From Chrysomallon squamiferum (lineage: Eukaryota; Animalia; Mollusca): DNA of 64,000 nt. This document shows positions 27,293-39,400 of this stretch, one piece after another. Every line of letters begins with the position of its first letter. Positions within the stretch are counted from its first letter, which is position 1. Location: positions 10,354,001 through 10,418,000 of the forward strand of contig CM022673.1 in the NCBI GenBank assembly GCA_012295275.1, read 5' to 3'. Below the pieces are notes generated by a model that made no database searches, was not told the DNA's origin, and saw nothing but the letters and a program-made list of their open reading frames with translations. The translations under genes and the position numbers were made by a program.

Positions 27293-29295
27293 ACTAGTAT
27301 TAATATTTATTTAGTTAGTTACTTTATTAGTTATTTATTTATTTACTTACTTGCTTTTATTATTTCTGTTACTGTTAAATATAGGCTACTCCTACTGTTA
27401 GTATTAATTTAAATTTACTAAAATATTTTAATTTATTTCAATATTTGTTATAAAATGGAAGGACATGTGCATCTAGATTATATCTGCCTAATGATTTAAA
27501 GTAAAGCAAAATACTCAAACACATGTAGATAAACACAAACAAAACAAATACACTCTCATATACATTTGCATGCAAACAAAATACAATGCACAAAAACATT
27601 AAATGCATGAGTACATCTTTCATACAGAACAGGTTATTTACATTTGTTCCAGTCCAGTCGTGATATTTTTTGTTTGTATTTTATCAGATTCAGGAGGCAC
27701 CAGTCAGTTGTAGAGCATTTTTCACTGAGGAAGCCATGGTCTTGTGTGACCTTGGCAACCCTTTACCAAGAAATGCCAAGGTTAGTCACCTGAATATTAT
27801 TATTGTTGTTGTTGTTACTTTTTATTATTTATTATTACCGTTATTATTATTATTTATTTAGTTAGTTAGTGAGTTAGTTAGTTAGTTTATTATTATTACT
27901 TGTTATTATATTTTTATTATCATTTGTACTATTTATTTATTATTATTATTATTATTATTTTATAATACTGTTGGTTTTTTTTTAAAAGTCTCTTTATTTT
28001 ACTATGTAATCAATTTTATAATTTTAATTTTTTTTTTTTTTTTTTTAATTTTAACAGACAAATTTTACTTTGAGAGTGGCTCCCAAGGATGTAAATGGTA
28101 CTAAAGATGATTTGGAATTTGCTCTTCATGTTAACAGGTGAACAGAATTACTGATTAATTTCCATAGCAACAACTACTTCTTTAGTTTATTTTTGTTCCC
28201 CAGTATTTGTACATGTAGTTTTTAAATTTTTTATTAAATAATAAGAGCATGAACAGGAGTTATCTTACTTCTTCAGTTTCAACATTTAAATATCTTATTC
28301 ATTTTTAGTTTGAGCATATATATAGATATATATATATATATCTTCCAATTATATTTTTAATGTTTTTAAATGTGTGTGGATGTGGGTGTGGGTGTATTTA
28401 TAGTTGTTTATGTGTCTGTGTGTATATTTTTATATATGAATTATAATCTTGATTATTTTCTAATTTTTATTATTGTTATATTTTTTGTTTCAGCTCAAAC
28501 CCAGAGCAGCTAGAGAAAACTATTAATAATTTTGCTGCTGTAACCATTCCAGTGACTGCCACTGCCAAAATTAACATCAACGGGTAAGAGACACTGTACT
28601 TGTTCAACGTAAATTTACTAAAGTATTCTGATTTATTTAAATATTTGTTATAAAACGGAAGGCGATGTGTAAACTGCCTAGTGATTGAAAATAAAGCAAA
28701 ATACACAAACACACATACACACATACAGACAAACAAATACACTGTCATATGCATTTATGTGCAAACAAAATACAATGCACAAAAACATTAAATGCAGACA
28801 TACATCTTTCTTTCAGAATAGCTTATTTACATTTGTTCCATTCATGATATTTTTTGGTTCCTATTTTCTGATATTACAGCTCAAGAAACAAACAAATAAT
28901 CAAACAGTAATAAACAAAGAAACAAACACACATACACATACACTCACAATACATAAAGCAGAATACATTTTTGTTATATTTAAAAGATTGTAACAGGGGA
29001 GGTAAGCAATGTGATATTAATGATTAATAATTTTATTATTCTATTAATTTGAAAGACAGGGGAGGTAAACAGTGTGTAAATTAAATTTTTTATTACTTTT
29101 GTTGATATTTTTTATCAAAAAAGAGTTTACTTAGGGGAAATAACCTATGTATAGACCAATTTAGTTATTATTGTATTATTTTTAATTTATTAGAAAAACT
29201 GAACCAGAACAGATAAACATAAACACAACGAAAGCCAAAGCTGAAGGACTTTTGAAAAGAGAAATAGAGCATGTATATGAGGTAAGTTTGAGAAC

Positions 29296-29366
<71 letters not shown>

Positions 29367-31909
29367 TAAAATAATTTAATTCAAAATATTTTTATATATT
29401 TTATTGAATATTAAAAAAAAATATTTAAAATATTAATGCTAAATAAATAAATGTTTAAATAAATTACTGTGTAAATGAAGATGCATACTGAAGTGTAAAT
29501 GATTTATTATTAAACTTGTTTTTGCAGTTAAGGAACTATGGGAAGAGTTCTACAAAAGTTACAGCTTTAGAAATTTACTGGCCTAGTCATGACAGTGACT
29601 TTAATCTCATCTTTCCCATTATTGGTCAGCCAATCATCTCAGAGGGGGTTGGAACGTGCAAAACAGTATTTGTGACTCCCAGCAACAATTCTGTGAGTTT
29701 ATTTTTTTTTCATATAATTTTGTTTAGGTGTAGTTTTCTTGCAGGGGGAATAACTCTGGGAAATAGTTCTGAAGGGAGCAAACCTGCGAAGTTGTATTTC
29801 TAAAGAGTAAGAACTCTAGAAAATATGGTTGTATATGGAGTTGGAAAGCCTTATTAAAAAGAATTTCATTTTTGTTTTCTTTATAGATACATTTTTGTAA
29901 ACGTTTGTTTAGTGGGATATCAGCAAACAAAAAAACACTTTTTACATGTGATATAAAAACAAAATAAGGGTTTTAAATTTTAATATTAAGATCAGTTTAT
30001 AAACGTATTAAAACAGACTGTAAATGTAATGAGTATGTCAGTCATTCTTTCATTTGATTCTTCTCTCAATCTACAGGTATAAAAATTATTAAAATGGATT
30101 ATAAAATATTAACATGGATTTAGAAAGTATTAAAATAGATTAAAACAGATTAAAATAGATTACACGTATAAAATACAATTACATTTTTTTAAATTGATAA
30201 CAAATGTATATCGTGTGTGTTGTTATTCTTTCAGTTAAATTTTTATATATTTTATTTTTCTCTCGATCTACAGGGGTTCCAGTATGGACCTTACTCTGGT
30301 AACGACATTGATGTGATTCTGCAGAACCAGAGACTGAAGAGATCAGCTGACAGGACTGTAGAACACAGAGTTGTACGTGAAAACTTTCAAATTTATTTAT
30401 AAAAAAACCCACCTGTCAGGCTTTATTTCTGTTTTCAAACCTCATCAGTGATGTGTAGATTTCTCACTTTTTAAATTTCTTTATAAAAAAAAAACCACCT
30501 GTCAGGCTTTATTTCTGTTTTCAAACTATCTCAGTGATGTGTAGATTTCTCACTTCTCAGATTAAATTAGGAGACTGGAATTACAATATTTGTGTGAGAA
30601 AAGTGATTTTTTAGTTTCTACTGATGATTGTAAAATACAGTGATTTGTTTATTCATTGTTTATTTTATGGAGGTATTTGTAGTCAGAAAATGTGGATTAA
30701 ACATGTTTTTGTGTAAGAGGTGTCTTGGGTATATGTGTGTTGTGTTTATTAATTAATTAATTAATTATTTTATTTTATTTATTTATTTACTTATGTATTT
30801 ATTTATTTATCTCTTTATTATTATTATTATTGTTGTTATTATTGTTATTATTATTACTATTATTATTACTATTATTATTACTATTATTATTATTATTATT
30901 ATTATTACTATTATTATTATTATTATTATTATTTCTGTCATTATTATTGTTGTTGTTGTTGTTATTCAAGAATATTTATTTTATTAATGTTCTTGCTTTA
31001 GGAGAGTTTGGGAAGTTTGTAAACTGACAGCTTTGAACAAAAGTTAATTTGCTATCCAGGTAAATTTTAATTAGCCTGTTTTAATTAGCATATCTTACCT
31101 TTGCCAGGTGTGTTCTGACTGGTGCACTGTCATCCAGTGCAGAGTGGGATACATGAAAGCTAATGATAATTTCCTCATCAAAATACGAGCTGAACTAAAC
31201 GTGCCAATATTTCTAGAGGTAAACTTTTAAATGTTAATAAATCTTGTTGTAATAGTTTCTGATATTTTAATTACAGTAATAAAATAAAAACAAAAGTCTT
31301 CTTTAACTATTTTAAACTGTACTTATTATTATAGAAAACACACATAAATTGATAGAAAATGTAAGAAAAATAACCTTTAACAATTTAAAAAAATCTTCTT
31401 ATGATAAAAAAAAAAAAAGAAATAAAGAAAATATAAGAAAAATTCTTTAACATTTAAAACTAATCCACATTTTTTTATATAAATTACATACTTTCTTAGT
31501 CATTTTTAAATCTATGGCATTACAGAGATGATTCAATGCTTTAAGAATAACTAGAAAATCACATTTATTACACATGATGACAGTTCTCTCTGACTTTTCT
31601 TTGTTTTGTCTGAGAGATTCCATTAAGCATCCAGTTTACATTGTTTGTTCTTTGATTCTACTTAACAAAATGCTGAAAGTAAAAAATTATTATATAAAAA
31701 AAAATTGACATGAATGTTTTTTAAAAATTGTTTAAAAAAATGTGGAATGCTTTATATTTGAAGATAATTTATAATCTTGTTTTCTTTGAAGAAAAAAATT
31801 GATCAAATGCATCTGACTTCTCAAGCATATGCCCGGGTATTGTCTATGCCCTACAAACTGAAAAACATTGATCCAAAAGCTTTTGACTATGACACCCAGC
31901 AGGTTAGTG

Positions 31910-31990
<81 letters not shown>

Positions 31991-33445
31991 GTGTGTGTGT
32001 GTCTGTGTGTGTGTGTGTGTGTAAATGTGTTATATGTGTGTGTGTGTAAATGTGTTGTGTGTGTAATGTGTTATATGTGTGTGTAAGAATGTATTCATTT
32101 TAGATACATCTACAGAAGATTTACTTTTTTAAATTCTAAGTATTTTATTATTGTTAATATTATTATTATTATCATTTTCATAATCATTGTCATTATTATT
32201 GTTGCTGTTGTCAACATCTTCATTATTATTTATCATCATTATCACATTATTTGTCATTATTATCATTATTATCACAATCACTATCATTATCACTTATTAT
32301 CATTATTATAACTATTATTAATAGTAATACTATTATTATTATCATTATTGTAACTGTTATTAGTAATAATACTGTTATTATTATCATTATTGTAACTGTT
32401 ATTAGTAATAATACTATTATTATTATTATTATTGCTATTATTATTATCATTATTATAAGTGCTATTAGTAATAATACTTTTATTACTATTAACAGGTTAC
32501 CACAGAGATCACAGCAGACAGACCAGACTCTGGATCAAGACCTATAGAGATATGGATCATTGCTGTGTCTGTATCTGGAGGTCTTCTCGTTCTTCTCTTA
32601 ATTGTCATTCTACTTTGGTGGGTAAGTATCCATTTTATTTCTCTGTGTCAGTTTTAGGTCATTGTCAATTTTACATCACTGTCATTCTAGTGTGGTGAGT
32701 ATTTGTCAGTTTTACATCACTGTCATTCTACTGTGGTGAGTATTTGTCAGTTTTACATCACTGTCATTCTACTGTGGTGAGTATTTGTCAGTTTTATTTC
32801 AGTGTCATTCTACTATGGTATTTGTCAGTTTTACATCACTGTCATTCTAGTGTGGTGAGTATTTGTCAGTTTTACATCACTGTCATTCTACTGTGGTATT
32901 TGTCAGTTTTATATCATTGTCATTCTAATTTCCATTGTGCTGAGTTTGTGTCAGTTTTATGTCACTGTCAATAAATAAATAACATTTCCATTCCTGAGTT
33001 TAAAAAAAAAAAATCAGTTATATATTTTCTTGTTTTACCCATTCCAACCAGTACCTTGTTTATCTTATCTTCCAGTTCATGGACTTTTCTTTTCTGGTAT
33101 ATGTAGCATCCCTCAGAAAGCATACCATGGCCTTTGTTACAGTTAATTCATCCATGAAAACTGATGGATCCCATTATCTCCCATATCTTTAACAGATACT
33201 AGTCACGTAAGCTGTGCCCCACTCCTGTAGATGAGTAATTTGTTGTTTAATCCTAACCAACAGTTTAACAAGAAGATCCTCTGATGTGTCTTCGAGCAAA
33301 GTCATTAATTAATTTGTAAATAATTTCACTTCTTTTTTTTTTTCAGTGCGGATTCTTCAAACGGTGGCAACCAGAAGATCATGAGTACATGCTTGCAAAT
33401 GGCGGAACATCCAAAATGGACGTCGACAACAAGATGTGGGAGTGA
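4721..33445 (+). CDS. Integrin alpha subunit, RGD-binding PS2/PAT-2/alphaV-alpha5-alpha8 clade; 5'-partial, 26 exons in window
   Basis: join(4721..4782,8435..8483,9087..9170,11882..11926,13673..13716,17188..17241,20383..20535,21052..21160,21471..21568,21966..22056,22448..22598,23238..23293,24386..24546,25014..25160,25996..26063,26834..26981,27688..27780,28058..28137,28494..28583,29194..29281,29528..29692,30274..30372,31108..31218,31792..31902,32496..32621,33347..33445). All introns are GT-AG with consistent phases. The product has FG-GAP repeats, DxD/NxDG Ca loops, genu CGRDNICIPDL, NRGEDAY, CDLGNPL, a TM helix and GFFKR. Confidence 0.96.
8180..8415. repeat. Tandem repeat of ~37-42 bp ending just upstream of integrin exon 2
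   Basis: gatgtgttgtttagaatatattatcat(ca)tttca, about 5-6 copies. Confidence 0.85.
8435..8483 (+). CDS. Integrin alpha exon 2
   Basis: ttcag|DGRNVMIAAIGSWYWQG|gtgag. Confidence 0.92.
9087..9170 (+). CDS. Integrin alpha exon 3
   Basis: tacag|GQLYNYRISDGSYIATEEGEPSEDDTYMG|gtaag. Confidence 0.92.
11882..11926 (+). CDS. Integrin alpha exon 4
   Basis: tccag|GYSSAVGDFDGDRVD|gtaag; Ca-binding loop. Confidence 0.93.
13507..13586. mobile_element. Possible tiny piggyBac-type MITE remnant
   Basis: TTAA-CCCCTT ... AAAGGG-TTAA: TTAA flanks with short CCC-initiated inverted ends. Confidence 0.3.
13673..13716 (+). CDS. Integrin alpha exon 5
   Basis: ttcag|DYVVGIPKGNLHSGK|gtaag. Confidence 0.92.
13978..14120 (+). 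mobile_element. Degenerate SINE-like remnant, second copy
   Basis: cctaggatcaattcc (B-box-like)...tatttcccaatctaacca...aaaggccaaggcatgtgttgtcctgtct. Confidence 0.4.
14350..14900. repeat. Degenerate long-period repeat
   Basis: (c)ctttactaataataaagtatggcaataacataacaag..ctgcag, 4 copies. Confidence 0.75.
17188..17241 (+). CDS. Integrin alpha exon 6
   Basis: ttcag|IAIFNQNMSNLMNISGEQ|gtaat. Confidence 0.9.
20383..20535 (+). CDS. Integrin alpha exon 7 (FG-GAP)
   Basis: ttcag|[29 protein letters not shown]...ETGRVYIYYQTSQ|gtaac. Confidence 0.96.
20525..20770 (+). repeat. Tandem copies of the exon 7 donor junction
   Basis: agacttcacag|gtaacttcatt repeated with variation. Confidence 0.85.
21052..21160 (+). 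CDS. Integrin alpha exon 8
   Basis: cccag|HTFKSQRKDILDGQGSKSRFGHSLTGLGDINKDGFN|gtcag. Confidence 0.95.
21471..21568 (+). CDS. Integrin alpha exon 9
   Basis: ctcag|DLGVGAPYAGEDGRGAVYIYHGTRKGIITQVSQ|gtttg. Confidence 0.95.
21966..22056 (+). CDS. Integrin alpha exon 10
   Basis: tttag|IIFAKDLDSQLSTFGFSLSGGQDQDGNTYP|gtgtg. Confidence 0.95.
22448..22598 (+). CDS. Integrin alpha exon 11 (end of propeller, start of thigh)
   Basis: aatag|DLLVGAYASDKAVFLKTRPVVRVTASL...SCTLIDDTRITC|gtaat. Confidence 0.95.
23238..23293 (+). CDS. Integrin alpha exon 12
   Basis: ttcag|FTVYTCLEYSGIGVPEEL|gtaag. Confidence 0.9.
23860..24397 (+). repeat. Tandem copies of the exon 13 acceptor junction
   Basis: taaattaatt..gttctgttacag|tttttgttgt, more than 10 copies. 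Confidence 0.9.
24386..24546 (+). CDS. Integrin alpha exon 13
   Basis: tacag|FFVVSWELDVLQRNRTREEQRAYFLP...WCTSSYAYVR|gtaaa. Confidence 0.88.
25014..25160 (+). CDS. Integrin alpha exon 14
   Basis: ttaag|NDIQDKLTPIAVDFKFKLKSEEKKRKRKRRSRSLRPILDQYIPTNVRTE|gtctg. Confidence 0.92.
25260..25345 (+). mobile_element. tRNA-derived SINE head remnant
   Basis: A-box-like TAGCAGAATGG and B-box-like GGATCAAAT at tRNA-like spacing; no intact cloverleaf. Confidence 0.35.
25996..26063 (+). CDS. Integrin alpha exon 15 (genu)
   Basis: ttcag|AQILKHCGRDNICIPDLVLNSF|gtaaa. Confidence 0.95.
26834..26981 (+). CDS. Integrin alpha exon 16 (calf-1)
   Basis: cgcag|ISAAHIIGDRTELEILIMVENRGEDAYNTQLWINLPPGVSYKNADAIQA|gtaag. 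Confidence 0.95.
27412..27687 (+). repeat. Intronic ~270 bp block, copy 1
   Basis: aatttactaaa...atttgttataaaatggaagg...aaaatacaatgcacaaaaacattaaatgca...ttatttacatttgttcca; matches 28612-28878. Confidence 0.85.
27688..27780 (+). CDS. Integrin alpha exon 17
   Basis: atcag|IQEAPVSCRAFFTEEAMVLCDLGNPLPRNAK|gttag; a second in-frame AG would start the exon at 27694. Confidence 0.92.
28058..28137 (+). CDS. Integrin alpha exon 18
   Basis: aacag|TNFTLRVAPKDVNGTKDDLEFALHVN|gtgaa. Confidence 0.9.
28494..28583 (+). CDS. Integrin alpha exon 19
   Basis: ttcag|SNPEQLEKTINNFAAVTIPVTATAKINING|gtaag. Confidence 0.92.
28612..28878 (+). repeat. Intronic ~270 bp block, copy 2
   Basis: Diverged colinear duplicate of 27412-27687. 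Confidence 0.85.
29194..29281 (+). CDS. Integrin alpha exon 20 (calf-2)
   Basis: attag|KTEPEQININTTKAKAEGLLKREIEHVYE|gtaag. Confidence 0.9.
29528..29692 (+). CDS. Integrin alpha exon 21
   Basis: tgcag|LRNYGKSSTKVTALEIYWPSH...VTPSNNS|gtgag. Confidence 0.92.
30274..30372 (+). CDS. Integrin alpha exon 22 (heavy/light-chain furin site RLKR)
   Basis: tacag|GFQYGPYSGNDIDVILQNQRLKRSADRTVEHRV|gtacgt. Confidence 0.88.
30396..30556. repeat. Recent ~87 bp tandem duplication
   Basis: ttataaaaaaaa..ccacctgtcaggctttatttctgttttcaaac..tcagtgatgtgtagatttctcactt, 2 copies. Confidence 0.9.
31108..31218 (+). CDS. Integrin alpha exon 23
   Basis: gccag|VCSDWCTVIQCRVGYMKANDNFLIKIRAELNVPIFLE|gtaaa. Confidence 0.92.
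31792..31902 (+). CDS. Integrin alpha exon 24
   Basis: tgaag|KKIDQMHLTSQAYARVLSMPYKLKNIDPKAFDYDTQQ|gttag. Confidence 0.88.
32496..32621 (+). CDS. Integrin alpha exon 25 (transmembrane)
   Basis: aacag|VTTEITADRPDSGSRPIEIWIIAVSVSGGLLVLLLIVILLWW|gtaagt. Confidence 0.95.
32603..32970 (+). repeat. 41-bp tandem array derived from the TM-exon donor junction
   Basis: tgtcattctactgtg|gtgagtatttgtcagttttacatcac, about 7-8 copies. Confidence 0.9.
33347..33445 (+). CDS. Integrin alpha exon 26 (GFFKR cytoplasmic tail, stop)
   Basis: ttcag|CGFFKRWQPEDHEYMLANGGTSKMDVDNKMWE-TGA. Confidence 0.96.
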   Translation, partial: CGFFKRWQPEDHEYMLANGGTSKMDVDNKMWE

Positions 33446-36400
33446 GAGGGTCAACTGTAAAGACACAGCCATGTTTCCAAGAACCACCTCATTGTTACCA
33501 TGACAACATTCAGCATTCATTTGAGAAGTTGAAAAAAAAAATGTGAAAAATGAAATGCCTAATTACAGCCATTAGAATGATTTTTTTTTTTTTTTTTTTA
33601 TGTGTGATTAAGTCATTTGGTGTAAAAGACCAGTGTTTTATTTAATGTTTTAGAGATAATAATAATAATAAAAAACATTTTTTTTTTTTTTAAAAGGTTT
33701 CAAATTTTAACAAAAATAAAAAAAATTTTAATGTTAATTTGGCTGTTATTTCTTAAAATCTGATACAACATATTTTTTATTTAAAAATGATTCACAGAGA
33801 AAAATGGTAAAACAAATATTTTCTGATGTAAAAAATGCTCTATGTTATAAAATATTTTATTAATTTGTTTATATAACAAAATAAGTTGAAGAATTATTCA
33901 TTTTTATTGGTTGACTTGAAACCAAAATGGCTGACATTAGAAGGTAAAATGGTTTTATTACTAGACTGGTTTTTATTAAGTGATCCTCTTGTATGGAGAT
34001 ATAAACAGCATATCTAAGAAATAATGTATGTGAACCAGTTGATCTCCAAGTGACTTGTTTAAAATAGTTCTTGTGTGTTGTAAATTTAACAAGACTTAGA
34101 AAGAAAAAAGCCAGACTACTAAAAATGATTTTTCTATGCAATTGCTACCACTGTGCTTTCACATTTTGTGGTCTAGAATGTTCTTTGTGCCAAATTATTT
34201 TTTAATTTTTAATTTACTATTCAAGAACAGAACTGAAACTTTTAAGGTTAATATAGTTAATATTTTGGCAGATCTGAAAATTGAATTATTCAGAGGGTTA
34301 AACTTTTAGGATAAATCATGTTATGGTTAAATTTAATTTAATATTTGTGTTAATTAATTGTTTTACAAAGTAATTTCAGTTTTTTCAGGGTTTTGTAAGA
34401 CATAATTAAAACAATTTAAATTTGAATATTTAGATTTAGTTAGAAGTTTTATCATGATTGATTTAACAGTTAAAAGCAAAAAATCAGCAGTTAATTAGTT
34501 TTTGTTGTGTTTTAAATTATTTATTTCATATTATTTTAAACTTTGAGCATCATAATTCGTCAGCATGGTTATAATTATTGTTAAAAACAACACTTAGGAA
34601 AAGTCAATATTAAATTTTTGCCTTGTTGTTTTCATTACAGATGTTGTGTATTAAATATGAAGAATAACTGCAGATAAAACTGGTTTATTTTGTCATATAT
34701 GTCATATGTATATCATATCATTTATATACATCATATCATTTCACTAACATTTACTGGCCTGTAGTCTGTGTGTTGTTTAGCTAAGGTAAAATTAAATAAT
34801 TTTTGTGTTAGTCTTAATAACAAACCAAGATGGTTCCAGTAATTTTTAAAAGGGGCAGATAGTCTCAACTTTTGGGGGTTTATATTCATTATTAATAAAG
34901 CGTAACAATGTTATGCTTATTACTTTTGTGTAATAATTATATACATTTGTATTATTATACATTAAATGTTTTATACATTTGTAATACGTCATAAATAATT
35001 TGTGTATATCACCACATTTGAGACATCTTTGAAAAAAATATACTTTTTATATATAAAATATTTGTTTTAATGCTACCATATTACAAATCATAAAACTTAG
35101 GTTTTCTCTAAGTATTTTTAAAATGTACTTTTCATAAAATACTAAATTTAACATTGCCTTATTTTTACATTCTTTATTTGACTACTTGTGTTTTTGTATT
35201 CCTCTTCAAATTATATCTAAATTTATTTTATAATATTTAATAAAATGGCTTGCATATGTGTATAAAATTATATACATAGTTATCTAATTTTGTATGTAAC
35301 TAAAATATATTTGGTTAGACTGAAAGTTAGACTGTTGAAAATGATAGAAACAGAAATAAAAGGGCATTTTTCACCACACCATGCATATAATACACAATAA
35401 GACATAAATATTGAGTACTGAATATTACCAAATCGCACCTGTACCAATTACCAATTGAAAATAAACACATGACCCTCTCACTTCTGTCATAAACTGAAAT
35501 AGGATGTCCCAAACTGCAGTGATACATTAGTCAGTTCAGACTGTTTGAAATTATTTAATAAAAGCAAAGATCTTATAATTATATTTTTAATTTTTCTGGG
35601 ATTTATTTGTAGAATTACTGTAAACAAAAAAATGACGATTTGAAATTGAAACTGGATGTTCCAAATTGAAATGGTACATTGATGAAGTTGGACCATTTGA
35701 AAATTATTTAGTAAATGCATAGATCTTTTTTCTCTTTCTTTCTTTGTTTTTTTTTTTTTTTTTTTACCCTGGGTTTTATTTGTAAATTAAATCATTAATA
35801 TTAACAAATTTACCTCACTTTTTAAAATTCATTTCTTTTTGTAAGATTTTTTTTTTTTTAACTTTTTTTCAAACCATAGTAATTTGTAGTTTTTGGAAAT
35901 GATAAATAAGTATTAAAATAATTAAGTTTAATTAAAATGTCCAAGCATATTTTCAAGGGCATTACAATCAAAATCTCTGCCATTTTTGTGCTAAAAGTTA
36001 AAAATAAATGTGAGTATGGATCTTATAAAAAATGTTAACTTTTTATAAATAAACATAAACAGATAAAAAAAATCAATGTGTACATAATAAACAAGGAAAT
36101 AAATTAAACATTAAAAAAAAAAAAGAAAAAAAGTGCAATATAAATAAATATAAATATGGATGCTATTGTGAATAATCATTAGAGCAATTTTTTTTCTTTT
36201 CTTTTTTTTTTTTTTTTAATCTTTTGTATTCAACAATGAAGAAAGAAAATCTTCAGCTAAATTGTTCAGAAACAGTTAAACTTTACAAAGATGATCAGTT
36301 GAGATCAGTTACATGCATTCATTTAGTTTATATATTTAATAAGAATATAGAAAATAAATGTTTTTAAAATTTGCATTCTTCCTTTTCGCCTTAATAAAAT

Positions 36401-39400
36401 TTATTAAAAATATTTTATAAATATATGAATTTAAAAATAAAAATATGTTATCTATCTGTAAAATTTGAGTTTTGCAAATATTTCCAAATTCTATTCTATA
36501 TCATTAAATTTCATAATAATAATAATAATGCACTAATACTACTACTAATAATAAAATAAATTACTTGTATGTCAGAGAACATAGTTTTTCAAATTTAAAT
36601 AATTGTAAATTTAAAACGTGCCTTAATTTCGCAGCAGTTGTGATGTATATAGTTTGTAACAAAGTAGAATTTTCTTCTTTTTTTTGTTTGTTATATGAAA
36701 ATTGTATTCATGTGCATAATAAGATGAATGTGTACATTTAATATACAAACTGGTTACATGTTTTAAATGTGGTGTGAACTGGGTATGTTAGTCTGTTAGT
36801 ATGTAATATGATTTGGCTTCTTTGTGTGTTTTGTTTGTGAATATTTAATTACAGTGTTCATTTGTCCTATTGAATCTTAACTCTTTTTGTTGTTATTTTA
36901 TATATATATATATATTTGTTGTTCTTGGAATTTACTGTGTCATATTCAAAATTATTATACGAGTATATAAATAAATAAATAAATAAATAAATAAGATTAA
37001 ATATATAAGTAAATAAATAAATAGTTATAGTGTTTATTAATATCTGTTTATTAATATATATATATATATATATACATACATACATACATATACATATATA
37101 TATAAATTAATGTTGAATAAATGAACAAATTAACATTTATATTCAGTACATATACCTAAATCATTTAATTTGAGAAAAATAAACTTTTGCTTTATTTTTT
37201 TATTTTTAGTTTTTTTCCTGCAAATGGAATCAATTTTATTATGTATATTTTTAAACAATAAATGAATGAATGCCTGAAATTTCATCAAATTTAAAAAAAA
37301 AAAAAATAAATAAGTAAATAAATAAATAAATAAATAATTTAATAAAAATAATAAAAAAAATTAAAATACAAAATATTTATCCACATTCTCAAACTCTTAT
37401 TTTTATTTTTTATTTATTGATTTTTATTTTTTTTTATATTAATATTTATTTATTTTATTATTTTTTAATATTTCAGTTATGTTTGTGTGTGATTCTTGGA
37501 GAGGTATGAATGTTGTATCATTACTTTGTATATCGCATTACTTCGAGTGAGTATTTATTTATCATTTATGTGTTCTTTGAAGAACATCTGTTGTGGTTTG
37601 AAAGAATCGTCTAAACATAATTCTTTATACTTCCATTTTATTATTTTATTGTATTGGGTGACACATCACCACTTTTGAAAAAGTATGACTTTAAAATAAT
37701 ACAGTTAAAAACAATCTGTATGCCACTACTTCTTCAGCCCTTCGCAACAGAAATAATTTAAAAGAAACTTGAACAAACTGGACTGCAGAGTAAATGATGA
37801 CATTATAACTACAAAAATAAAATAAATAAATTAATTAATTAATTAAAAAATGGCAGCATTTGATATTTTTTTTAACTGTACATCTTTGTTGTTAAACTTT
37901 GTTATTAGTAAAGGTTGGACAACAAAGAAATAAACCCCCAAAAAATCAAAATAAAAAATAACTTGTTAAGTGTGCTGAATATATTTAGACTATTTCTTCA
38001 AGGTACATTGTAAAATATGGTGACTGGTGATATCAAGAGATCTCCATACACCTGTGTCTTCATTGTAAAATGTTTTGTACATTGTATAACAAAGTTTTTG
38101 TATTGCTTTTATAACAGTTTGGCTTTATCTAATAACTATTGTATTCTATAATCAGTATGTTACATCATACGTTTTTATACTGCAAGATGAATTATTTTGT
38201 TTAAATGATATATAGATCAGAATTGCCTTTTTCTTTTTTCTTACCAATTTTTTTTTTCCTTTTTCTTTTTTCTCCATTTTCTTTTTTCTTTTTTCATCTT
38301 GAAAAGAATTAAAGAGAATTAATTTGTCATTTTTAAAGAGAGTTAATTTTTTTATATTTAAAAATGAATTTTTATTTTAAAAGCTGATTAATAAATAGTA
38401 ATTTCTTTTTTTTTTTTTTTTTTTTTGAAATTATTGATGGAAACTTACTTTTTTTTTATTATTTTGTTGTCAGGATAAATAATAATAATAAAAATAATAA
38501 TAATGACTAATAAGTAATAATAATAAATAAATAAATAAAATTTTAAAAATGTACATTTAACTTTTTTACTTTTAAGTTTTTACTATTTTTTTATTTTTGT
38601 AATCTTTTTTCAAAAAACATTAACCAGTGTTTGAAGTAATGTGTTTTGTTTTTCTCTGACACTAAAAACGTAGATTATATTTATTAGACTCCATTAATTA
38701 ATCGATAAATGCAAGTTATTGTGTATTTTCATCTATTGTTCAAATGTTGTATTTATACATGCAAAATATGAATAAATTAATATGAATTTAATATGATTTT
38801 TTTAAGTCAATAAATAATGGAGGGAAAATAATTCTTAAGTATTGACATTGGTGTGAATATTTCATGAGGAAACAAAAATTCTCTATCCAAGTGTTCACTG
38901 AACTTTTAAAGATTTTAAAACTTTTCAGCTTTTTGTCAGCAATTCTCGAGAGAAAAAAGATTTAATTATTTATCATAAACATTTATTAATTTTTCTTTGC
39001 TCAACAGTTTATTTACTCAACCAAATAAATGCATAAAAGCATAATAAAATGAATAGTTTCTTTTAACTATTATTCTGTTAAATACATGTAGCTGTTATAT
39101 GATTTTTAAAAGATAGTGTGTGTGTTGGTACTAGTTTTAAATTTATGCTGAAGCTTTTGAAAAATCTATAAAATTATTTTATTAAAAAAAAGTAAAACTT
39201 TAATTATAACTATTATCATATACAAATAAATAAAATATACATTAAAAATAAATATTAAAAAAAAAAGCAATAAAAAACAAATGCAAAGATATATTAGATA
39301 AATTTAATATTTATTCAGAATATTCACAAACAATAACACTGACATAAATCCAAGATGCAAAAAGTGAACTGTACACAAAGAAAGAAAAAAAATAGCCCCA

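Noticed and set aside
30793-32547. Poly-Ile, poly-Leu and VC-repeat ORFs
   Set aside because: Translations of (TTA)n and (GT)n microsatellites; only the spliced segments listed as exons are credible.
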